A DNA stretch of 63,907 nucleotides, the filler included, from Chrysochromulina tobinii (lineage: Eukaryota): assembly GCA_001275005.1 (NCBI GenBank). It is 11 parts of 11 records of this genome, joined end to end, with 100 filler letters (N's around TTAATTAATTAA, not from the genome) between each part and the next. Parts side by side here need not be neighbours in the genome. Positions count along the whole stretch, not along the records: positions 52,164 to 55,282 come from JWZX01001000.1; positions 55,383 to 57,251 come from JWZX01001001.1; positions 57,352 to 60,465 come from JWZX01001002.1; positions 60,566 to 62,353 come from JWZX01001023.1; positions 62,454 to 63,907 come from JWZX01001162.1; 6 more parts are not named here. One strand, given 5' to 3'. The notes beneath the pieces were generated by a model, which saw only the letters and a list, made by a program, of their open reading frames with translations, ran no database searches and was not told where the DNA came from. Within the stretch, counting starts at the first letter, position 1. Every line of letters starts with the position of its first letter. A program made the translations under genes and the position numbers. This document shows positions 52,164 through 62,521 of this stretch, piece by piece.

Positions 52164-55100
52164 GCGCGAGTTCTGCTGCGTGCACAAGTTCGTCGCGGGC
52201 AAGGAGCACGACTGTTGTGACAACTGCTTTTGCTACGTGTGCGGTAAGGAGACTCTGGTCGAAGCCTCACCCACATCGCTCCTTGCCTTCGCACGCGCTG
52301 CCAGTTCTGACATGTCGCTGCATCGACTCTCGCCTCAAAAGACGCTCCGGCCTCCGACTGCCCACGGTGGGGCGCACACTGCGTCGCGCGGCACAGTGTG
52401 CCCTCGTGGGTGTGGGAGCGGCAGCAGTGGCGTCTACACAAGGGAGTGCCACCGCCATCCACCCCGGCGGCCGCGGACGTCGCGGGCCCGTCCTCCGCAG
52501 GATCGTCGGGCGTTCCTGCGGACAACCATCAGCCGCGCCGTGTCGAGCGCTGGCCCTGCGACGAGCTCCTCGCCGCCATCCAGCAAGTGTACCCGATCGA
52601 GGAGCCCGAGCCGCGTGGCCTCGAGCCGTCGATCAAGCTGCGGCCATACCAGAAGCAGTCTCTTCGCTTCATGATGGACGTCGAACGCTCCACGGACGCC
52701 TCGATGCTCGGCCACAATGACATCACCGGCCTCGGAGTGCGCGGCGGATGGCTCGCAGACGAAATGGGCATGGGTAAAACCGCGGTGGTCACCTCACTCA
52801 TCCTTGCCAACCCGTCCAAGGCCAAGTCCGTCCCCGACAAGGCCTTCATGGGGCTGCTCACCGGCGGCGGGGCATGCCACAAGTACAAGGTGACGCTCAT
52901 CGTCGTCAACAACACGCTCGTCCAGCAGTGGGAGGATGAGATGAAGAAGTTCGCGCCCAGCCTCGAGGTGTACACGTACTACAAGAGCCGTGAGAACCAC
53001 GAGAAGGCGCTGCGCAACCTGCGCACCGCGGATGTGATCCTGACGACGCCGCACCAGAACCTGCCCGCGGCTCTCATCAAGAACATGCATGTGCACCGCC
53101 TCGTGCTCGACGAGGCGCATCTGCTGTCCGACAGAAGCAGCACGACGTCGAGCAAGCTCTCGGCTCTGCGCCAGATCAAGACCGACTTCACGTGGTGCTG
53201 CACTGGGACGCCGTTCTCCACCGACTTCGTATACCAGCTCTCGAGCCAAGCAAAGCTGCTTGGCATGGCTTTGGGGCGTGCGAATGGCAGCCCCCTCAGC
53301 GACGTGTTCGGTGGCAAGGAACGCCCCAACTGGTCCCCAGGGAATCCGGGAGATCCGGGCTGGTCGAAGCGTTATGTCAACCGTGCCAAAGGCTTTGTGG
53401 ACGCGCCGCCCGAGTGCCCTGTCGACGATCTCCCCAACCAGGAGGTGGTCGATCTGATGCGCAAGTTTATGATCCGCCACACGAAGAGCATGCGGATCGG
53501 CGGCGACGTCGCTCTCGCGCTGCCCGACGCGGAGTGCAAGACTGTGTGGCTCGACATGTCCGCCGATGAGAAGGTCCTCTACCAGCTGCACGTGTGCGCC
53601 GACGGTGGCCCTTTCAAGCTCGACGAGAACGACAAGCGCTTCCGGGCGTGTGCTCACCTCTACGATCCGCACATCGTATCGGGTGGCATCGCCGAGCAGA
53701 AGGACGAGTACGGCAACCGCTTCCGTCGCGTCGTGCAAACGCCTTCCGACATCCAGAAGGCTGCCGATGACAAGAAGGCTGGCGTTACCGGCAGCTTGGG
53801 TGATGCCGCTGCCGCCTCCGGCAGCGGCTCCCGCAGTGGCTCTGGCAGTGGTGCGGATGGCGACGCAATGGCCATCGACGCCGGCGATGCAAAGGACAAG
53901 GGTGTGGACACGGACACCGAGGATGTAGAAGAAGTCTCCGCGCCCACTGCCCCCGCCGGGCCCATCGCCGAGGGTGTGGCACTCGGCCGTGGCAAGCGTA
54001 AGCGAGCGATCGAGCAGCCAGCTGCCAGCGCTGGCGGCGGCGGCGGCGTGTCTGAGAAGGCACGCGGCAAGCGGCCCGTCGCGGCTGTCGTTCTCGATGT
54101 TCACGAGGACGAGGAGGCGGTTGGCAACGGTGAGGACAAGAACACCTTCGACCTCTTCCGGCCGCTTGCCGTCGGCCGCTTCGCTGAGGCATCGAAGGCG
54201 TTCCTCGCGACCCACAGCCCGCTGCACATGACCGTCAAGCTGACACCCCAAGAGAGGCGCTCTCGGATGGCATACGGTAAGGGCGACGGCGCCGGCACGC
54301 ACTCGGTCACGTCATGGCTTCCGAATGCCAACATGACCAAATTCGTGGCGCTCATGAAAGACCTGCAGGCACTGCGCGCCGACGAGCCAAACATGAAGGT
54401 CGTCGTCTTTACGCGCTTCAACGAGGTGCAGCAGCGCCTCGTGGGTCTCATTCAAGGAGAGACCGGCGCGGATGGACTCCTCGCTTCCAAGGAGGCTGAG
54501 GGGCAGCACACGAAGCCGCTCAAGGTGCTCGAATTCAACTCGAAGACGCCGCCGCTGCAGCGCCACGCGCGCATCAAGGAGTTCCAAGAGAGCAAGGACA
54601 ACGGCGCGAAGGTCATGGTGGTCACCTACCAGACGGCGGCCGTTGGCATCACGCTCACCGCGGCCAGTCGCGTCTTCCTACTCGAGCCCTCTTTGGACCC
54701 GGCGCAGGAGCACCAGGCGGCGGGGCGTATCCATCGGCTTGGCCAGGACAAGGAGGTCTTCATCAAGCGATACGCCTTTCGCGACTCGATCGAGGAGGCG
54801 GTGATCAAGCTGCACGAGAAGATCAAGAGTGGCGACATCAAGGTGCGCAATGGCGTGTTTCCCAAGGAGGCCGTGGAGCTGATGGCGACGAGCGGCGCGG
54901 CCATGCCACACACCTTCGATACGGGTCCGACCTACGTGCGCACCATGGTCGTCGATGAGGTAGAGTGGCGCCCAAACTACCAAGCAAAACAGAATGGCAC
55001 TGCTGCTCCATCGCCAGGTTTGAGCTCGTGGACACGCGTTTGCCAGGAGCAGGCGTGCGATAGCTGTGGGCTGCGGCGCATCGTCGACGGATCATCGACG

Positions 55101-55282
55101 TGGAACGGCACCGGGATCTACTCGTACCTCAAGGACGTGCACGCCGAACCTCCGTTCCATCCGAGCGGCCGCTCGCGCAACCCTCCACCGCGGCCAGTGC
55201 CGGCGGACACGAATGACGACGACGACGACAAAGACGATTCCGAGCAGAACGCCCGCTACGGCGGCGGCGGCTACTTCAGACT
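52164..55282 (+). CDS. SNF2-family (RAD5/16-like) ATPase with N-terminal Cys/His zinc-binding domain; intron 52244-52341; partial at both ends
   Basis: LRPYQKQSL, GGWLADEMGMGKT, LVLDEAH, CTGTP, VGITLTAAS and QAAGRIHRLGQ motifs; spliced N-terminus CCVHKF...CDNCFCYVCDAPASDCPRWGAHC. Confidence 0.9.
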
Positions 55283-55382
55283 NNNNNNNNNNNNNNNNNN
55301 NNNNNNNNNNNNNNNNNNNNNNNNNNTTAATTAATTAANNNNNNNNNNNNNNNNNNNNNNNNNNNNNNNNNNNNNNNNNNNN

Positions 55383-57251
55383 AAACTCGCCGACCGACAA
55401 AACCGACCGCAGCAGCGACGGGGACAGGACTCCATTCCGAGAGAGACTGCACGACGCCAAAGACGGCCTGGTAAGCAGCGTGCGACGTGGTCTCAACCGA
55501 CCATCCGGCCGCTCAATGGGCACGTTACTGCTTGCCATCACGGCGGCAGCAATCACGGGCATCGTGACTGGATGGCTCGTGTCGCCAATGGCCGCACTAA
55601 CGGCGATATTCTGGCCAGCCTTTCAGCTCGCGAAGGTGGCAAGGCACATGCTGGAACATATCGGGATGGGGCTATACTACTTGAGCCCGTATGCGCTGGT
55701 TATAGGCATCGCGATGCTTGCGCCCCGGTTCCTCGCCTCCGCCCCGCTCGGGTTGACCGGGGCCAACCCAATCCTGGCCGCGTCGTTCAACCTGCCGAGC
55801 ATCTCGCCTAATAATGCACTGCCGTTCTTCCCCGTGATGGGGGAGTTAGAGCTGCAGAATATCGAAGTCACGATCGGCGAGGCGGCATGCTCCGAGTCGA
55901 CTACGATCTGGGATACCGGAGCTGCGAAGAACATGACCAACAAGATTGAGGACCTAGAGCCGTCTTCGATCGAGAAGGCGAGGTACAAAATCAGTGGATC
56001 CAACGGAACCCACCATACCTCCATCAAAGGGCGCTGCTTATCAGGCCGTCTTTGGCGTCGTGCAGTCTCTCTCGGAATGGAGTCCTGTCCCCGTCGCTGC
56101 TGCGGTCGGTTTTGTCGGTCGGCGAGTTTCGCTTCATGTCCGCTGTGCGCGAGCCCGTTGCCGGCATGGTTGCCGGTGATTTGATTGGCACCACCGGTTG
56201 CGAGACTGTGATCGGGGTTCGAGGGGGTTGCTCGGGATCCTCCTCTGGGTCATTGTTCCACGGGAGGATGGTAAGTCCCACGCCCGCATCGAGGTCAGCC
56301 AACGGTTCGTCCCCCCCGACGTGTGCGAAGGGAGTGGCGTGGATGGGGCCCGACGGCTGAGTCTCACGTCTAGGCGTGCCCTGAAAGGGCATCATGGGCT
56401 CGCGCGGGGGCACACGCTTGCTAGCGGCAGTGTTGGCCATGACGGAGCGCTCGATGGAGATGCCGAATGACGCATCTTTGGCCTCGCCCATTGACTCGCC
56501 GATCACGTCCTCGGCCTCAACTTGGGGCATCGGAGTGAGTTTGGGGGCCTCCACTTTGTCCAGCTGCGGCAGGACGGTGGGGAACGCCTCTACCTCGCAC
56601 AAGATGTGCTGCAGCTGTTCCAGGTCGTGGTCGTCAACCTCGTCACCGCCGTCCTCGCCGTCCATCTCAGCGTTGCTGGCAGCCTCAACCGACATCGGGC
56701 AAACTGGCACGCGGTTGCTGGCCGCCACGATTTCGTGCAACGGAACGGTGGTGTCGCGCAGCCAGGGTCGCACAGTGGAGGTGTCGGACCCGCCGAATTG
56801 GCACGTGACAGCCGCAACAGTGACGCGGTCATCGGGCGAGTCGGAGCCGCCTCCATGGTCCGCCCCCGGCCGCGTCGCGCCAGCCGCCCCCGGCTCCGCC
56901 GTGATCTTGAGGAGCGAGTGGGCCTCCGTGAGCCACGCGGGCTCGGCAGATTCAGCATCTGGGGGGCCCTGGGCGAACATATCATCCGGGGGGCCCTGAA
57001 CGTAGGCCTGCTCGCAATCCATCGTGCTAAACATTGCGCGGTCGGGGCACACCACGTTGAGTTCGTCGACGAGCTTGGACGAGTCGTTCGTGTTGCGCAT
57101 AGAACGCCGCAGTAGTAAGGTCCGTCCGGCCTTTTGGATGGCAAGAGCAGAATACTGGTGAAGCTCGTCAACGCACCGGGCGATCGCAGATGTCAGGTCG
57201 GCTCCCGCCTCATGCAGCACCTCGGGAAGTCGCTCCGGGTCATATGACGGG
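55383..57251. mobile_element. Ty1/Copia-like polyprotein fragment (pre-protease and protease region), rearranged by an inversion
   Basis: TTIWDTGAAKNMT...ISGSNG...KG aspartic-protease motif in the + ORF; the minus ORF 57220-56024 ends in the same peptide that begins the + ORF. Confidence 0.6.
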
Positions 57252-57909
57252 NNNNNNNNNNNNNNNNNNNNNNNNNNNNNNNNNNNNNNNNNNNNTTAAT
57301 TAATTAANNNNNNNNNNNNNNNNNNNNNNNNNNNNNNNNNNNNNNNNNNNNCATGTTACCATGTTACTTTTAGGCTCCGGGAACCTATCTCTAGGCACGG
57401 CCCGTTCACGCCTTAGGGTGATCTGAAGAGTCTGCGGGAGAGAAAGGAAAAACCTGCGGGCATTTTTGTTATTCAAATCTGGAGGATGGTTGTCGTCGCT
57501 TCGCACTTGTATAGGATCACGTTGGGATCAGCCTGGCTGCGCAAGCGCTACCAGTCCCCCGGTAGTATCAAGTCGTCGGCCACCGCAGTAAGGAGCACGT
57601 TGGGATCAGCCTGGCTGCGCAAGCGCTACCAGTCCCCCGGTAGTTCATGTCGCCTTGTCTCCGTATTTGTCGTTCCGCTTGCGTTGTCCAGCCTTGTGGG
57701 CCTTGTACTCCGATCTCCCGCCTCGTCGTTCGCGCTTTTTGATGCCGTCTGTCGTGCCGCCGTCCCGGTTGTGTGACATTACAGGGGGGGAAATGTAATT
57801 TCAACCTTCGGACTCTCGGAATCCTAAACCTCTTGGCCTTGGGGGCCTTGGGGCCGCCGGGATTGGAAGTTGGAATCTGACTTCTGAGCCAAGGTATAGG
57901 TAATAGCGA

Positions 57910-58146
57910 GTTTGCAAATGAGCGCTGGGGGCCGGAAGTGGAATCGGGAATTTCGGAATCCTGGGTTTGCAAGGAGCGCTGGGGGCCGGAAGTGTAATCG
58001 GGAATTTCGGAATCCTGGGTTTGCAAGGAGCGCTGGGGGCCGGAAGTGTAATCGGGAATTTCGGAATCCTGGGTTTGCAAAGGAGCGCTGGGGGCCGGAA
58101 GTGGAATCGGGAATTTCGGAATCCTGGGTTTGCAGGTAGCGCTGGG
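57910..58146. repeat. 54-bp tandem repeat, about 4 copies
   Basis: gagcgctgggggccggaagtg(g/t)aatcgggaatttcggaatcctgggtttgcaag at 57920, 57974, 58028 and 58083. Confidence 0.95.
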
Positions 58147-58660
58147 ACGTGCAACGGTTGCCCCCCCCCCCCCCCCACGAGCGCTGCGCGCCGCGCTCCG
58201 CGCACCCCAGCAAACCGCCGCGTAACGCCGCTCCACCTGTGGGTCCAACGGTCCACGTGCACCTTGCATATTGCGGGAGCGCGCCCGACGCCCGCTTTTT
58301 GTGTGAGGACTTTGAGTGAATTCCGACGCACGACTGTGAATCACCGGCCTCAAACGAAACTTTCGTTCGAACAGACCAATGGGCCGTAGCACCCTCGGTT
58401 CATCAAAATTCCATACAAATGACAATCGACCCGTGGAATGCTGCAATTAATGCTGCAGGGCCTGTGCAAGTGCGTCCCGCCTAAGCCTGTGACGGGCGGT
58501 TGGCTACGCCAGTGTTTAGGTTCCGTAACTGCCCGCCGCGAGCGCATGTACGTCGCCTACGGCGCCGCGCTCCGCGCTTGTGGTTCCGAACGTTTTCCTA
58601 ACACATAAAAAAAATAATGCTTATAGCCAGTAAGGCGTAGCCGTAAGAGTAACCGTCATA

Positions 58661-60172
58661 CCGCTCCACCTGTGGTTAGGCTCCCGCCTAACTCGTGGTT
58701 CCGAACGTTTCTACTAACCATTAAATAATAAATAAACCCCTAACCCTAACCCTAAACCCGCCGCGTTTGGCCCCCCCCTGTGTTTTGGCGCTTTGTGTTT
58801 TCGTGTTTTAGCCTCACCCGCAGGGCGTGTGTTTTGTGTTTTTGTGTTTTGGCCTTGCTCGCCTGAGGGCTGTGTTTTGTGTTTTCGTGTTTTGGGGCCC
58901 CATTCTTACTCATCAGTCATCTGAGGAATCGGAGGAGGGCACATCCGAGGAGTACTCCCCGCTCTCACTCAGCTCAAGGGCATCAACAGCACCCCTGGCA
59001 GCACCCGAGGGCAGCTTGGCGCCCTTGGACTCCTGGCTCTTGGCGGGCTCACCCTCTGCCTTGCGCACTTGCGCTTGCGATGCGCTGTGTACTGTGCAAT
59101 CAGGTCGGTGATGTCACGGCAGGCATTCTGGCGCCGGCGCTGATACGACATTGCGGCAGTCTGCAGGCCCTTGAGGAACATTGAGCGAGGGCATCCACTA
59201 CTCGTTCGAGAAGCCAGATCAGGTGACGTGCTCAACCGTGCAAGAGCGGCTACTCACCTTATTGACTCGTCCACATATCGTGGCGAGCTGGTGAGCTTCT
59301 CCATTGCGGAGGCCAGTGTTGAGGCGGCGCGTGAGCACATTGAGTTGCTTGAGGTGGCCGAGGAAGAGGACGCGGAGGAGGACATGCTGCAGGCACGCTC
59401 AGCGGCGATGGAAGTGGCCGCAGCACAGGCACAGGCAGATCAAGACGCAGCAAAGGTGAAGGGCGATGCACGCTATGCTCGTGTGAGCGCCGCTCGTGAG
59501 GCAGGCAAGGAGCTGCAGCGGCAACGAGAGCAGCAGAAGAAGCAGCGGCAGAAGCAGTAGAGTACATGTGTACATGCTCACGGACGTACCGGCCCGGTAC
59601 GTTGTCCGTTGAGTTCACCCTTCCCGTGCAGAAGCCACAGAAAGCCAGAGGCAATCAGATGCAATCAGAGGCAATCAGAGGCCATCAGTTGCTTGTCATA
59701 CAGAGGCCAACAGAGACCATCAGATGCAATCAGGCCGCACCTCAGACAAAATCAGACGCAATCAGGCGCAATCAGGCGCAATCAGGCGCAATCAGACGCA
59801 ATCAGACGCAATCAGCATGCCCGGAGCATTGTGTTTCCGTGTTTTTGTGTTTTGGGCGGGCCGCAAGGGCCTGTGTTTTGTGTTTTTGTGTTTTGAGCCG
59901 GCACAACGGGCCTGTGTTTTGTGTTTTCGTGTTTTGGCAGACCCCCCTCAAAACACAGGGGGGGGCCAACCGCGTAACGCCGCACTACCTGTGGTTGGGC
60001 TCACGCCTAACTCGTGGTTAGGCTCCCGCCTAACTCGTGGTTCCGTACGTTTTTACTAACCATAATAATAATATACCCTCCTAACCCTAACCCTAAACCC
60101 GCCGCGTAGCGCCGCACTACCTGTGGTTAGGCTCCCGCCTAACTCGTGGTTAGGCTCCCGCCTGTGGTTCCG
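58661..60172. repeat. Tandem repeat family with a TTAGGC-TCCC-GCCTAA hairpin and (CCCTAA)n, interrupted by a TIR element
   Basis: Copies at about 58661-58766, 59970-60107 and 60102-60172, plus a partial copy near 58212-58245. Confidence 0.8.
58767..59969. mobile_element. Non-autonomous TIR DNA transposon, 1203 bp, 21-bp perfect TIR, 6-bp TSD CCGCGT
   Basis: TIR ttggcccccccctgtgttttg (58767-58787) and caaaacacaggggggggccaa (59949-59969); ccgcgt at 58761-58766 and 59970-59975; uninterrupted target seen at about 60098-60125. Confidence 0.85.
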
Positions 60173-60567
60173 AGACGGACCGTTGTGGGTGTGTGTCTGG
60201 CCGAGAGGGCCTTTCAACGAACGAACGAACGAAGGACCGATGTAGGGGACTGCGATTCCCGATTATGGAAATTGACTACCACCTGCAAGTGGGTGTGGGT
60301 GCGCAAAACGCAATGCCGTCACCTTCGCTTGGGCATGGGCCGACGTGATCGGTTCCGTAAAGGTACACCTCTGCATCAGTGCTGCTTTAGACGCCCTCCA
60401 AACCGCGGTCACGCCGAAGGTTCGGTGCTGGGCGGCAGATTCGTCGAAGGCAAAGGGCGGCTCAGNNNNNNNNNNNNNNNNNNNNNNNNNNNNNNNNNNN
60501 NNNNNNNNNTTAATTAATTAANNNNNNNNNNNNNNNNNNNNNNNNNNNNNNNNNNNNNNNNNNNNGC

Positions 60568-62353
60568 GTATCGCGAGCGCTGTGGGAACGCTTCCGCCTC
60601 CTGTGCCGTGCGGCCAACATCCAGCCCGTGCGGGTGCAAGTGCCAGAGCACGCTCTATCGCTCTTGCGCAGAGTCGCCGATGCGGCGCGCCTCTCAGGCG
60701 TGCGGATACGTCGCTCGCAGTACGTGCGCCCGGACCCGGTCCTGCCCCCAGCCATGCTCATGCTGGGCCGCCGCGCCACTGCATGCGAAGAGGCCGACGC
60801 TGTGGCTAAGATAGGTGCTCGCCTTGCTGCGGCGCTGCGTGTTGCCATGGCGCCGCCTAGACGCCCCTCGCACGAAGGGCAAGCGGCTCGAATCATCTCA
60901 GAGCGCCTGGCCGGCCGCCTGCGCGGAGAGTCGGCGGTAGCGCTGCCCGAGCGGCCGACAACGCCCGCTCCAAATGCCTCGTTGCCGGCAAAAGCACCGC
61001 CAGTGCGGGCACCCCGTGGACGCACTCGCACCACGCAAGTCGAGGCACGCCCGCTGGCCGCGCGGCAAGGTAAGCTCTCGCTCACGACCATTGGCAAGTT
61101 GCGCCTCCTCGCCCTGCCTCGGCCGGCCGCGGCGGCACCTTCCCCAGCCCACGATGCCCTGAGAGCCGCTGCAGGCGTACAAGCGCACCGACGTGCTGCA
61201 CTTTTTGCCAACGCCGGCTTCGGCTCCAATCACAACGTCGACCAGCTCGCCGAGCTCCTCAAGCACGCCAGCGACCTGGCAGACTTCGGAGTTTCGCACG
61301 GCACGCGGCGGAAGAACGAAGCGGCATGGGCGCACTGGGAGCAGTTCGCGCAGCTGGTCGGCTTCGACCCGCTGCTATCGGCGGACCAGGCGCGCAACTA
61401 CCCGAGCGAGGTGGGCACCCTGCTGGCCACCTTTCTACTCTACGTCTACCCCAAGATGAAGGGCAAGCGCGGCCGGCAGTGGGCCTCCCCGCGCAGCGCG
61501 TTCGCCTATGTCCTATCGATCATCAGAATCTTTCGCGAGTGGAAGATCATCCTCCCGCCGGCGAAAGTAGTGCAGGGTGAACTACACGGACTACTGCGCG
61601 CCTTTGTCACAGTGTACGGCGCGCACGCACTGATGCCTCAACGGCGCGAGCCGTTCCGCTTCTCGATGGTGCAAGATCTGCTCAAGCACCCTAAAGACCG
61701 CCTCGGCGCACGTACCTACGACCCCGCCAGCGTTATTGGGTGGGCCTTCCGCGGCATGCTCGCACTCGGCTGGCGCACCGGCCATCGGCTGGCCGAGTTT
61801 GTCGCCCACCCGTCAGGCGAGGTGTGCTACGTCACGCGCCACGATGTGACATACATCATCGCCGGCGTGCCCGTAGCTGACCCGACGCCTGTGCAGCTCG
61901 CCGCGCTGCGGCCCGGAGACACTCTCCTCATCTCGCCGCCGCGTTCGAAGACCGACCAATTCGGAGAGATTCACTCCCCCTTTCCGTCCGCGATCGCCTA
62001 CTCCCACGACCCGAACAGCGCTGGCTTCATCATTCAGCAGATCGAGCTCCTGCGCCCGCTGCGCGGCCGCAGCCGTGAGAGCACGCCGCTATTTGCTGAT
62101 GAGACCGGGCTGCCGTACACGCACAACGCGATGGACACGCTCCTGCACGCCGCCCTGGTGCGGCTCTACGGCGAGCAGGTCGCGTCGTGCTACTCCTGGC
62201 ACTCGCTGCGCTCCGGCCTCGCCACCGCCCTCAAAGCCGCCGGATGCGAAGACAGCGTCATCCAAATGATATGTCGATGGGCAAACCCCGAATCGCTCAA
62301 AGTGTATGCTCGACACGGCACGTCGCTACACATCAACTGGGTGGATCGCGCCG
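60568..62353 (+). mobile_element. DIRS-order retrotransposon tyrosine recombinase ORF (partial at both ends)
   Basis: Catalytic set R (GHRLAEF), K (RSKTDQFG), HxxR (HSLRSG), W (CRW) and Y (LKVYAR); core-binding region TRRKNEAAWAHWEQF. Confidence 0.88.
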
Positions 62354-62521
62354 NNNNNNNNNNNNNNNNNNNNNNNNNNNNNNNNNNNNNNNNNNNNTTA
62401 ATTAATTAANNNNNNNNNNNNNNNNNNNNNNNNNNNNNNNNNNNNNNNNNNNNTGTTGCTCGATCCAGTCGATGGAGCGCGCGCGAATGTCGCCCTGTTT
62501 GAGCGAGTTGAAAAGGCATGC

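Noticed and set aside
57518..57644. 49-bp direct repeat with 78-bp period
   Set aside because: Only two copies, and no coding or structural interpretation is supportable
57910..58146. Possible CRISPR array from 54-bp periodicity
   Set aside because: Head-to-tail repeats with no unique spacers
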